Below are positions 35,969-45,438 of a stretch of DNA of 64,000 bases, piece after piece. Every line of letters begins with the position of its first letter. The first letter of the stretch is position 1. The DNA is from an uncultured Clostridia bacterium. GTDB lineage: Bacteria; Bacillota; Clostridia; Christensenellales; UBA1242. The position numbers and the translations under genes are program-made. The stretch is taken from the NCBI GenBank assembly GCA_944377165.1, contig CALWEJ010000002.1:2912-66911 (forward strand), given 5' to 3'. The notes beneath the pieces are model-generated. The model made no database searches and was not told the DNA's origin. It saw only the letters and a program-made list of their open reading frames with translations.

Positions 35969-36694
35969 TTATAATGTCAATCCGCCGTCTATTGTTATTA
36001 ATTGACCAGTAATAAAACCGGCATCTTCACTAGCTAGGAAAAGGCATAGATTAGCGACATCTTCTGGTTTACCTATGCGGTTAAGCGGAGTTGAATCTAC
36101 AATAGATTTAATTGTTTCGTCATCAAGTTCAGAATTCATTTTTGTATCTATAAGACCTGGACATACTGCGTTTACACGTATATTGCTAGGACCTAACTCT
36201 TTAGCTAGGGATAGAGTCAATGCATTGATAGCGCCCTTTGTTGCGGAATAGAGAGACTCCATACTTGAGCCGACTTTCCCCCACATAGATGAAATATTAA
36301 TTATGTTGCCTTCTTTATGAGTTATCATAGACTTAGCTACATACTTTGTCACAAAAATGGTAGATTTGACGTTTGAGTCAAACAAACTATTATAATCTTC
36401 TTGTGTCGTATCTTGAATTAGTCCAAAATGTGAAATCCCTGCACAGTTTATTAGTACATCAATCTTGTCAAACTTAGAATAAATATCATTTAACATTTCT
36501 TCAATTTTATTGATAGATTTTAAATTACACTTATATACTGAAACGTCTTTTAAACTATTTTTTAGTGAATTCGCGATAAATGCATTTGAATGATAAACTA
36601 AAATTGCGTGGTAGCCTGCGCGCACAAACTTGCACGTGACTTCTCTACCTATACCACCTGTTGCCCCTGTGATTAAAACTACTTTCTTATCCAT
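35969..36694 (-). CDS. SDR-family oxidoreductase (3-oxoacyl-ACP reductase FabG-like)
   Basis: TGATGGIGRE, NCAG and YSATKGAINALT motifs. I chose the start at the ATG at 36694 (MDKKVVLITG). Confidence 0.8.
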   Translation of the reverse strand: MDKKVVLITGATGGIGREVTCKFVRAGYHAILVYHSNAFIANSLKNSLKDVSVYKCNLKSINKIEEMLNDIYSKFDKIDVLINCAGISHFGLIQDTTQEDYNSLFDSNVKSTIFVTKYVAKSMITHKEGNIINISSMWGKVGSSMESLYSATKGAINALTLSLAKELGPSNIRVNAVCPGLIDTKMNSELDDETIKSIVDSTPLNRIGKPEDVANLCLFLASEDAGFITGQLITIDGGLTL

Positions 36695-36742
36695 AAATAT
36701 TATTTTATCACAAATTTTAATAAATTCAAACAAAAATATCAT

Positions 36743-37113
36743 ATTTTTTTAATAATTATTATTTTTAATAAAAATTTATGCAAAAATTAAAAAATTTAAT
36801 TAAAAATATAAAAAATCAATTAAAAAAATATTAAAAATTACTTAAAATATGCAAATTTTTAATTTTTTTTGAAAAAATATAAAAATTTTTAATATTTTTT
36901 ATTAATAAAATTTTTTGCATTAATAATTTTTAATAATTTTTCTTATTTAGTTTTAAGATATTATTTCATTACTCAATATATTTTTAATTGTAAAACAATA
37001 TTTAGAAATATTAAAATTTAAATAACTAATTGCGTAAATAATTAAATAATAGATAATAAATCATATATAAATTTGAATTGACATTATATCTTTATTGATA
37101 TATAATATTTTAT
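36743..37113. repeat. Extremely AT-rich, partly palindromic low-complexity spacer between divergent genes
   Basis: Almost no G/C. Words such as AAAAATTAAAAA, and ATGCAAAAATT (about 36778) mirrored by AATTTTTTGCAT (about 36912). Confidence 0.5.
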
Positions 37114-37959
37114 ATGAAAAAATTTTTCAAGGTATTATTGATTCTTGTAGTGGTTGTTGCGTCTGTAGGTGGGACGTGCTATGCTTTTTACAAAAATTAT
37201 ACTGCTAGGAAGTCTAGCTTTAATTATGTAAGTGCCTTTTTAACTAGCGGAGCGCGTACAGAGTTTGATGGTAATTTAACTAAAACGCGCAATTTGGCAG
37301 GAAGTCGATTCAATTTAATAATAAATGTTAGCAATGATTTAGAAGATATTGCTGACACGTTAAACACTTATTTAACTATTGCAAATAAGTTTGAAGTTGA
37401 TGAAAATGCGATTATTGCGAAATTAGAAAAAACTTCTCTAGCACGTAATAGAGCGAACGAACATATGCAGGAATATTTCATTCATTGCGAGCAATCACAA
37501 TATTTTAACCATAGTACTGGAGCTAATGTTGTTTATAACAGTGTTTGTGAATATTTAGTTAGTTTTGCAGACTTTATTTTAAATTTGAATAATGCCGTTG
37601 GTACATATGTTGATGTTTCTAGTGATGTTAAATTCGCATTGATTGACCTTTATGCACGTGTGGTTTTAAATGATTTTAACGACATCGAGGTCGGTAGCGA
37701 CAAGGTGACTAATATAAAGACAACTTCTAACATTAATCTTTTGGTTAATAATGTAGAATTCGAAAATGGTTATCTTGTAGGCGATTTAAATTCGACATTT
37801 GGACTAAACGCGGTTAAGTTCGCTAAGACTTATGGCAGTTGTGACACAAATGCGTTAGCAACTCAACTATTCGATTTGGTAAATAGAGCAAGCGCTAGTT
37901 CTACTAATATTAATGAGAAGGTTGCATATCTATTTAAACAAATCTTTTCGATTAATTAA
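37114..37959 (+). CDS. Membrane-anchored hypothetical protein
   Basis: N-terminal signal anchor KVLLILVVVVASVGGTCYAF. No SD; TATAAT lies 11 nt upstream. Confidence 0.6.
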   Translation: MKKFFKVLLILVVVVASVGGTCYAFYKNYTARKSSFNYVSAFLTSGARTEFDGNLTKTRNLAGSRFNLIINVSNDLEDIADTLNTYLTIANKFEVDENAIIAKLEKTSLARNRANEHMQEYFIHCEQSQYFNHSTGANVVYNSVCEYLVSFADFILNLNNAVGTYVDVSSDVKFALIDLYARVVLNDFNDIEVGSDKVTNIKTTSNINLLVNNVEFENGYLVGDLNSTFGLNAVKFAKTYGSCDTNALATQLFDLVNRASASSTNINEKVAYLFKQIFSIN

Positions 37960-37976
37960 ATTTATTTGGGAGCAGT

Positions 37977-39086
37977 ATGAAGAAAAAAATATTGTATTTA
38001 ATATTGACTATAATTATGTTGCCGAGCATAATGATTTTTACTGCGTGTAAAGAAAATAGCGCTTATAATTTAAATAAGTTGGTTAATGATTATTTGGCAA
38101 TAGGCGAAAACTTAGAATATATCAATGTTAGTAAAAATACATCTAATGTATTTGACCTTAGTTTTGATTATTCAGAAAGTGTTTCTTTATCTAACGCAGT
38201 AGAAGAAGAATCTTCAATGTATTACAACCTTAATAATTTCTATGTTAATATACTTGATTACACTATAGATTTTACAAATGAATATATTGCAATTTGCGCT
38301 AATAACGATAAGGTCAATAATGACGAATTAAAAAACAGCATAAAAACTAATGTTGATAAATTATCAAGCGCATTAGTGACGTTAGATTCTTCATTAGGAG
38401 ATTTAATAAGTTATACTAACTATTACGGAGAGAGTCAGAATACTGATATTAATAATTCGAGCGAATGCCTTAATCGTCTATATAAAGTGTTCGATTGCTT
38501 TGATTCAGTTTACAAATATGCTGCTAAGTTGTCAGCTGATTTAACTAATGTTTATTATAATTATATTTTGAATGATTCAAATCCTGATTTTACAAATCTT
38601 GATATTAATACATTCGATGCAACTGAGGCAGTGTCTGCCTTGAAAAATAGAATTGCATATTTATCGAGCAGTTTGGCGCGCAATTTTGTAGAGAAAAATG
38701 TAATATTAGCGGACAGTTCGTGGGCATTTAGAAACGGAGAGGCAGAAGAATTGTTAAGTTCGTTTAATGAATTTAAAACAAATATTGTGAGCATTAATAG
38801 AGATATTTCTTCGTTTGTAGGCGACACTATAAATAATGATGCTGAAAAGAAATCAGAATTTTTGAAGCTTTCACAACAAATGTATGGAATACAATCAGCT
38901 TTAGATAACGATAGTACGTTATATAATTCAGCATATGAAAGTATAAATTATGTTATAAGTAATGCACTTGTAAACATTAGTGCGTACGAAGCAGAATGCG
39001 TACAAATTATTAATAACCATACTGCAATACTAAATAGTTATAGTGAAGTCGTCAATAATATGATTGATTTAATTCTAAATAATTAA
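37977..39086 (+). CDS. Putative lipoprotein
   Basis: Signal peptide with lipobox IMIFTAC. RBS GGGAG. Confidence 0.65.
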   Translation: MKKKILYLILTIIMLPSIMIFTACKENSAYNLNKLVNDYLAIGENLEYINVSKNTSNVFDLSFDYSESVSLSNAVEEESSMYYNLNNFYVNILDYTIDFTNEYIAICANNDKVNNDELKNSIKTNVDKLSSALVTLDSSLGDLISYTNYYGESQNTDINNSSECLNRLYKVFDCFDSVYKYAAKLSADLTNVYYNYILNDSNPDFTNLDINTFDATEAVSALKNRIAYLSSSLARNFVEKNVILADSSWAFRNGEAEELLSSFNEFKTNIVSINRDISSFVGDTINNDAEKKSEFLKLSQQMYGIQSALDNDSTLYNSAYESINYVISNALVNISAYEAECVQIINNHTAILNSYSEVVNNMIDLILNN

Positions 39087-39111
39087 TAATGAATAATAAT
39101 GAAGGTCTTAT

Positions 39112-40773
39112 ATGTTAGATTATGAATACAATGAACTAGCGGAAATACTATATCCGAATTCTAAACCAATAGATTTTTATCTAAATAAATACCCTAATAG
39201 AAAAGTAGAAGGTGAAGTGACCCGTATTGCGCCTAGCCCTACGGGATATTTACATATCGGTCAGTTATATCAGGCACTCGTGCATAGAATGTTAGCGAAT
39301 AAAACTAACGGAATTTTTTATGCGCGTCTTGAAGATACGGACAATAAGCGCGAAGTGGATAAAGCAGGAGAAATTGCTTACGAGATGTTATGCAGATTCG
39401 GTTTAAAACCGGATGAGGGCTACCGTGGAGATACAAGCGAGATAGGAGATTACGGACCGTACAAGCAGTCAGATAGGTTAGATATTTATCACTCTTTCGC
39501 ACACGAACTAATTAAACGCGGTCGTGCGTTCCCTTGTTTTTGTCGTGCGAGTGAAAATAAGGAAGAAATAATTGAAAAACGTGAAGCTGAACTAAGTGAA
39601 AATAGCGATATATCTGAAAAAGACCCGTGCCGTAATTTAACTTTAGATGAGATTAAAGAGAAATTAGATAATGGTCAACCATTTGCGCTCAGACTAAGGT
39701 CAGTCGGGGATAGTAAAAAAGAGCATGAAGTCATAGATGCAATCAAGGGTAAAAAACTTGTTAGAGAGAATGAGAAAGACGATGTATTAATTAAATCAAA
39801 TGGAATACCTGTCTATTCATTTGCACACGTCGTTGATGATACACTTATGCGTACTACTACTGTTGTTCGTGGGCAAGAGTGGTATCAGTCTTTGCCTGTC
39901 CACTTAGAGTTGTCTAAGGCTTTTGGGTTTAAACCTTTTAAGTATGCACACACTCCTAATATTTGTGTACTTGACGAGAACGGAAACAAACGAAAAATAA
40001 GTAAGCGAAAAGATACATTCGCAGACGTGCGTTTCTTCTTAAAAAAAGGTTATCCTATTGAAGCGGTTATTGAATATTTGCTTAACTTATTAAATAGCGA
40101 TTTCGAGATTTGGAGAAAAAATAATCCAGATTTACATTATACGGAATTCCCTTTTGATATTAAAAAAATAGGGGTCACTAATCCGCTATTTGATTTTATG
40201 AAATTGAATGATATTTCAAAAACTATCATTTCGCGCTATAGTGCATTAGATGTGTATAACTCTGCCATAAATTGGGCACGCGATTGGGATAAAAATGCAG
40301 AAGTTGAGTTAGTAAAAAATCGTGACAATTTATTAAAAGTATTTAGCATTGATAGAGGAAACACGCGTCCTAGAAAAGATATAACCTATTTTAGCGAAAT
40401 TTTAGCACTTTACGACTATGTACTACCTAATTTCAAAGGTGAATTTGATATTGATTTAGGCAATGTTAATAAAAATGACTTAATTGCATTTTTAAATGAA
40501 TATGTGGACAAATATGATTTAGGTGTGGACAACACTGAATGGTTCGAAAAAGTGAAATTAATAGCATTTAATCATAACTTTACTGACAATAAAACTTATA
40601 AGTTAGAGCCAACTAAATATTCGGGAAATATCAGTGACGCAACTAAATATTTACGTCTTGCCATAACTGGTAAAGAAAATAGCCCAGAATTATTCTCAAT
40701 AATGAATATTGTGGGGAAAGACGAGTGTATTGCGCGTATTAAAAATTTAATTAACAAATTAGAAAGAGTCTAG
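39112..40773 (+). CDS. gltX: Glutamate--tRNA ligase (class I, GluRS family)
   Basis: RIAPSPTGYLHIG (HIGH), RLEDTDNKR, GPYKQSDR, AFPCFC and KISKRK (KMSKS). Confidence 0.8.
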   Translation: MLDYEYNELAEILYPNSKPIDFYLNKYPNRKVEGEVTRIAPSPTGYLHIGQLYQALVHRMLANKTNGIFYARLEDTDNKREVDKAGEIAYEMLCRFGLKPDEGYRGDTSEIGDYGPYKQSDRLDIYHSFAHELIKRGRAFPCFCRASENKEEIIEKREAELSENSDISEKDPCRNLTLDEIKEKLDNGQPFALRLRSVGDSKKEHEVIDAIKGKKLVRENEKDDVLIKSNGIPVYSFAHVVDDTLMRTTTVVRGQEWYQSLPVHLELSKAFGFKPFKYAHTPNICVLDENGNKRKISKRKDTFADVRFFLKKGYPIEAVIEYLLNLLNSDFEIWRKNNPDLHYTEFPFDIKKIGVTNPLFDFMKLNDISKTIISRYSALDVYNSAINWARDWDKNAEVELVKNRDNLLKVFSIDRGNTRPRKDITYFSEILALYDYVLPNFKGEFDIDLGNVNKNDLIAFLNEYVDKYDLGVDNTEWFEKVKLIAFNHNFTDNKTYKLEPTKYSGNISDATKYLRLAITGKENSPELFSIMNIVGKDECIARIKNLINKLERV

Positions 40774-40790
40774 CATTAGCTAGATTTTTT
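40769..40790 (+). terminator. Rho-independent terminator
   Basis: TCTAGC-ATT-GCTAGA followed by T6. It overlaps the gltX stop. Confidence 0.6.
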
Positions 40791-40878
40791 ATTTTTGGAA
40801 TAAAGTGAAAAATAAAATTTTCGTCAATTTACTACCATTCAATTAAGTAATTGTGATATAATTCTTTCGGGGGTAATT

Positions 40879-41406
40879 ATGGCAAAGAAAAAATCAGCAA
40901 GTAAACGAAGCGAACGCGTAGCCTTTGATTTTTCGATTGACAGCAAAACTAGTAAGAATGCGAAAAAATCAGTAAAAAAATTGGGCAAATCTGCACTTGT
41001 CGCGGTAGTTGTATTTTTAATAATAGGACTTGCATTAGGTGGCGGATTAACATATTATTTTACGCAAGATGATTGCTTCGAATTAATAGGAGCAGATGAA
41101 ATAACTTTAACCCTAGACGAAACGTACTTAGACCAAGGTGTGAAAGTTATATCATTTGGTAAAGATATGTCGTCAAAGGTGCAAATTAAAACAGATTTAG
41201 TGAAAAATGATGACGGAACATATTCGCCGTCTAAAGATAGTGACGGATTATATAATGTAGGGACTTATTATATGGTTTACACTGTAGATTGCTTAAAATA
41301 CGGTACTATTTTTAAAATAGAAAAAGTTAGACTAATTAATTTCGTAGAAGCAAGTGACGATGACGTTATAGATGAAATTTCATCGGGCGAGGTGAACAAT
41401 GGGTAA
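40879..41406 (+). CDS. Membrane-anchored protein with an Ig-like (DUF5011-like) domain
   Basis: A basic N-terminus, one TM helix, then ELIGADEITLTLDETYLDQGVKV, a pattern typical of bacterial Ig-like domains. Confidence 0.55.
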   Translation: MAKKKSASKRSERVAFDFSIDSKTSKNAKKSVKKLGKSALVAVVVFLIIGLALGGGLTYYFTQDDCFELIGADEITLTLDETYLDQGVKVISFGKDMSSKVQIKTDLVKNDDGTYSPSKDSDGLYNVGTYYMVYTVDCLKYGTIFKIEKVRLINFVEASDDDVIDEISSGEVNNG

Positions 41407-42601
41407 AAAGATTTTATTTAGTTTTCTCGCGCTTGTAATCGGTTTTGTCGGTGGTGTAATTGGATTAGTTTACATAAATCTGCCGTTGACTGATGTGCTT
41501 GAAATTGGCTCAACCTTATATTATTCTAATACAGAAACTAGTATAAGTACTGAGGCAATCGCACTTCAAGACGACCAATTATCTATTCATTTCTTAGAGT
41601 TGGGGAACAAATATACTGGCGATTGTACATATATAAAATATGGTGATTTAGATATTTTAATTGATTGCGGTTCTAAAACAAATAGTATTCCTACTGTACA
41701 AGCATACCTTAATCAATATGTGACGGATAACACACTCGAGTATGTAATTGTCACGCACGCACATACTGACCATTATGCTGGGTTCACACTTAAAGATGGA
41801 AGCATTTTTGATTTGTATGATTGCACAACAATTATAGATTTTGGAGATGCTTATGCTAAGGAAACAAACACTTTAAATCGATACATTTCTGAGCGCGATG
41901 ATGAGCTAGCGCTTGACGGAACAGAAGGTAAAGAATATAGATATTTTGATGCTTCAACGATAGAAAAAGGAAACAATTTAACCTTTTATAGCGATGATAA
42001 TAAACTTGAAATAGAAATTTTGTTTAATGAACTAGCATACAATCAAGCAACAGGAATAGATAAGTCTTCTAGTAGGTCAAATAATGAATATTCGGTTTGT
42101 ACTCTAATAACCTTTGATGAGAAAAGTTATTTATTTACTGGCGATTTAGAGGAAGAAGGCGAAAATTTATTGGTTGAAAATAATCCTTCAATTAATGCAG
42201 ATAATTTACCTAATGGAGTTGAAATTTATAAGGCAGGGCACCACGGAAGTAAAACATCTTCGCACGAAAAATTGTTGCAAAATATCAATCCTAAGCGCGT
42301 ATGCGTATGCTGTTGCGCGGGGAGTCCAGAATATACAGACAATGTTGCTAATCAATTTCCTACACAAGAGTTCATCGACAGAATAGCAAAATATACGGAC
42401 GAAGTTTATGTGACAACACTTTGTGTAAATTGGGATACGGACGAATTTGTTTCTATGAATGGCAATATGGTTGCGATTGCAACTGAAAATGAAGAAATAT
42501 GTATGGTGTTTAGTAATAATGATATAAAATTAAAAGATAGTGAATGGTTTAATACTACTCTCGGCGACGGAACAAAAATGAGAGTATGGCCTACTAATTA
42601 G
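41399..42601 (+). CDS. MBL-fold metallo-hydrolase, ComEC C-terminal-domain-like
   Basis: An N-terminal TM helix, then ILIDCGS, VTHAHTDHYAGF and YKAGHHGSKTSS. Overlaps the upstream ORF by 8 nt. Confidence 0.7.
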   Translation: MGKKILFSFLALVIGFVGGVIGLVYINLPLTDVLEIGSTLYYSNTETSISTEAIALQDDQLSIHFLELGNKYTGDCTYIKYGDLDILIDCGSKTNSIPTVQAYLNQYVTDNTLEYVIVTHAHTDHYAGFTLKDGSIFDLYDCTTIIDFGDAYAKETNTLNRYISERDDELALDGTEGKEYRYFDASTIEKGNNLTFYSDDNKLEIEILFNELAYNQATGIDKSSSRSNNEYSVCTLITFDEKSYLFTGDLEEEGENLLVENNPSINADNLPNGVEIYKAGHHGSKTSSHEKLLQNINPKRVCVCCCAGSPEYTDNVANQFPTQEFIDRIAKYTDEVYVTTLCVNWDTDEFVSMNGNMVAIATENEEICMVFSNNDIKLKDSEWFNTTLGDGTKMRVWPTN

Positions 42602-42924
42602 CTAAATTTTAAAATTATATGTAATTTTCAATTTTTGCGCTCAAATTAAACTATGATTATAACAAAAATATATGTCTAAATATGAGCAAAGTATTATTTT
42701 AAAAGATAATAAATTATCATATATAACCGATTAAATGCTATCATTACGCTTATGATAAAAATTGTTAGTTATTGGCATTATTATGATTATTATTAAAAAA
42801 CATATTAAATGATATAAAAATCTAATTTTAAAATTTTAGTTTAATATATTTAAAAAAGTCATTTAAAAATTGTGATATAGTTTATCAATAAAAATCTAGT
42901 TAATTTTATAGAAATTTTAAAGAT

Positions 42925-42953
42925 TTGACATTTTTATATAAATATGGTAATAT
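42925..42953 (+). promoter_or_regulatory. Near-consensus sigma-A promoter (TTGACA-17 nt-TGgTAATAT)
   Basis: TTGACA at 42925-30, a 17-nt spacer ending in TGG, and TAATAT at 42948-53. Confidence 0.6.
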
Positions 42954-42959
42954 AATATT

Positions 42960-43542
42960 ATCACGAAGGTGCAGTATTCTAGTCAACTAGAATAGATGAG
43001 AATGCCGAAATAAGCATTGTTGGCACAACTATGAAGTTCGTGGTGCTGGCTTTGATTGCCCAAATCGGGGCTGGTACTGGGAGTTAAGATTTTTGGGTCG
43101 CGTATAATGGCATATATGTTTAAACCCAATTATCGCGGAGACCTAAGTTGGTAAATCTAAAATATTTGTATCAGCAAATGTTTTTCCTTATCGCTTGGGG
43201 TAGAAACCTGCATGTGGCGAAAGTTATATGCAGTGTAGCCTGCTTTGAGTGGGCAATTAGGGATAAAGCGACAACTTTATTTAAACGAAGTACAAGTTAA
43301 GATGAAGTTGCTTTTGAAATATTGCCTGCAAAATTAAGATAAATCTTTTCGATGTTGTTAAGGAAAACTTCTAGGCTGTTAGTTTAACTAGACAGATTGG
43401 GGATTATAGTGTGGTCTAAGTGGCGATTCGGTGCAAGTTCTGCGTAAAGGGAAACCGCTTAGTGGGTGACTGCTAAGTGCAGAATTGGGAAATCCAACCG
43501 AACCTAAGCCGCAAGGTTTACTCAATTTGTTGCCTTCGTAAT
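42960..43542 (+). ncRNA. Large (~585 nt) structured non-coding RNA candidate; size class of ROOL/GOLLD/OLE, identity unverified
   Basis: No ORF of 60 aa or more on either strand from 42602 to 43521. G+C by hand count is about 33-53% per 60-nt line, against about 8% in a flanking spacer line. A closing helix ACGAAGG(42963-69)/CCTTCGT(43533-39) and many local hairpins are present, some with GNRA-like loops. Confidence 0.55.
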
Positions 43543-43573
43543 TTTATAATAATTTGCTTTATGCAATGTACAT

Positions 43574-44122
43574 ATGAAACAAAAACATAATAGAAAGAAA
43601 TCTGAAAGAGCGTGGGTATGGTCAGTAAAAATTTTATTTCTTGCTGTCCTTCTTTCTTTAACTTTTAGCATAGTAAGCGAGTTAGTACTGTCTAACGCAG
43701 CGCTAATTATTGCGATAATAGTAATATTGGTATTTATTTTTATCAGTGTATTATTTGACGTATTAGGGCTTGCTGTTGCATCATCTAACATTGAACATTT
43801 TACTGCTATGGCTTCACGTAAAGTTAAGGGAAGTAAGCAGGCGATGTCATTAAATAAAAATGCAGATAAGGTCGCTTCAATTTGTGATGTAATAGGTGAC
43901 GTATGTGGAATATTATCTGGTGCTGCCGGTGCGAGTATTTTAGCAAAAATTGCTATTAGTGGAGGATTTGTCGAAATTTTAATACCTTCGCTTATCTCTG
44001 CAATAATAGCAGGATTAACCATATTCGGTAAGTCAGCATTTAAAAAATATGCCTTAGTTCACGCTAATAAAATAACTTTAAAATTTGCTCGATTTATAAA
44101 TACATTTACTAGAAAAGATTAA
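43574..44122 (+). CDS. Integral membrane protein (possibly DUF21/CNNM-like TM domain)
   Basis: 182 aa with 3-4 TM helices. I preferred it over the overlapping antisense ORF 43522..44022 because of the terminator at 44124-48 and its membrane-protein-like sequence. No obvious SD. Confidence 0.6.
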   Translation: MKQKHNRKKSERAWVWSVKILFLAVLLSLTFSIVSELVLSNAALIIAIIVILVFIFISVLFDVLGLAVASSNIEHFTAMASRKVKGSKQAMSLNKNADKVASICDVIGDVCGILSGAAGASILAKIAISGGFVEILIPSLISAIIAGLTIFGKSAFKKYALVHANKITLKFARFINTFTRKD

Positions 44123-44123
44123 A

Positions 44124-44148
44124 AGGCTAAGCATTGCTTAGTTTTTTT
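44124..44148 (+). terminator. Rho-independent terminator
   Basis: GGCTAAGC-ATT-GCTTAGTT followed by T7. Confidence 0.7.
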
Positions 44149-44727
44149 ATAAAATTTTATTAAATAAATATAAGAGATATAAGCAAATAAATAATTAACA
44201 TAAAAGATAAAAATAATCAATATAGAAATTTTAAAAAATATAAAATTTAATTAAAAAATAATAAAAAAATAATAAAATAATAAAATAATAAAATTTAATT
44301 AAAAAATTATAGAAATTAAGTAAAATTGACAAAAATCAAATAAAAATTGATAGAAATTAAGCAAAAAATACAAAAATTAAATAAATATATAAAAAATATT
44401 ATAAAAATATATTTTTAATATTGAATTAAATTAATTATAAATGATATTTTTATAGATAAAATTTTGTAAAATGCACCAAATTACATATACTATGACTATG
44501 AAAATAAATCATAAATTAGTGCTTAAAAGATAATTGAAGTAGTTAATAAATTAATATTTAATTTTCACAATTAAATAAATTCTATTATAAACTTTTTATT
44601 GTTAAGTGTTTTACTTATTTAATTGTTGCATTAAATATAAAAATTTGATAAAATAATAGTACGAATTATTACGTTTAGTGCAAGATATGAGTGCTAATAA
44701 TTTGAATAATTATTATTAGGAGGGTAT
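44149..44727. repeat. ~580-bp extremely AT-rich low-complexity spacer with short tandem and dispersed words
   Basis: (AATAAAAT)x3 around 44268-44293. ATAGAAATTAAG occurs twice (about 44309 and 44350). Almost no G/C. Confidence 0.5.
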
Positions 44728-45375
44728 ATGAAGTTTACAAAAAGTTTAAAAGTTGTACTGTGCTGTTTATTAGTTCTATCTTGTGGTGGCATATTTATAG
44801 CTTGTGGCGAAGACAAAAATTTACTAACTTTTGATAGCTCAATGTTTGTGATTTATGGGGGAGATGGATATTACACTTATAATGGACAATCTTATATTTT
44901 TTCTGTTGTATACGGTAATAAAGAAATTGATGTTAGTTATTCTCTTGATAAAAAAGATTTCAAAAAAGACCTACAGTTAATAGACGCGAATACGTATCAA
45001 GTTTACTTTAAAGTTAGTGCTGAAGGCTATAAAGATTATGTGTCTAGTGAGCCAATAACTGTAAGAATTGTTGAAAGTACTTTAGAAATTAAAATTGATG
45101 ATATAACGTTAAATGAAATTCCTACTATTGAACCGAATTATACATCAACAATCATTTCTGGCGGAATTGCACAAAGGGACGAAACTGAAATTAATGAAAT
45201 ATTAAACGAAATAACATATGTGTTAAAAGACTCCCAAGGACAAGAAATTGAATTTGCAGATGTTGAACCAAATATTATTTACACAATTGAGGGGATTTTA
45301 CCCGATATCAGCGAAAATTTAGATAAAAATTACAATATATCACTTATTAATGGAACATTTTCGGTCATAGCATAA
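44728..45375 (+). CDS. Putative lipoprotein
   Basis: Signal peptide with lipobox IFIAC. RBS AGGAGGG. Confidence 0.65.
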   Translation: MKFTKSLKVVLCCLLVLSCGGIFIACGEDKNLLTFDSSMFVIYGGDGYYTYNGQSYIFSVVYGNKEIDVSYSLDKKDFKKDLQLIDANTYQVYFKVSAEGYKDYVSSEPITVRIVESTLEIKIDDITLNEIPTIEPNYTSTIISGGIAQRDETEINEILNEITYVLKDSQGQEIEFADVEPNIIYTIEGILPDISENLDKNYNISLINGTFSVIA

Positions 45376-45438
45376 TCAATTCTTATTGAATTAATTTTAC
45401 GAATTTTTTGATTGCAACATATAATAAGATATTTAAAA

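Noticed and set aside
42960-43542. Structured region considered as RNase P RNA, tmRNA, SRP/6S RNA, a T-box leader or a group II intron
   Set aside because: It has no GAGGAAAGTCC or ACAGAA-type RNase P blocks, no tRNA-like 3' end or tag ORF, and no GUGYG start or domain V-like AGC hairpin. It is far too long for 6S/SRP or a T-box, and the downstream gene is not an aminoacyl-tRNA-related gene.
43522-44022. 166-aa minus-strand ORF overlapping the 43574..44122 plus-strand ORF
   Set aside because: The plus-strand ORF gives a coherent multi-TM protein and is followed by a terminator. The minus ORF would run into the structured-RNA region and has no start context.
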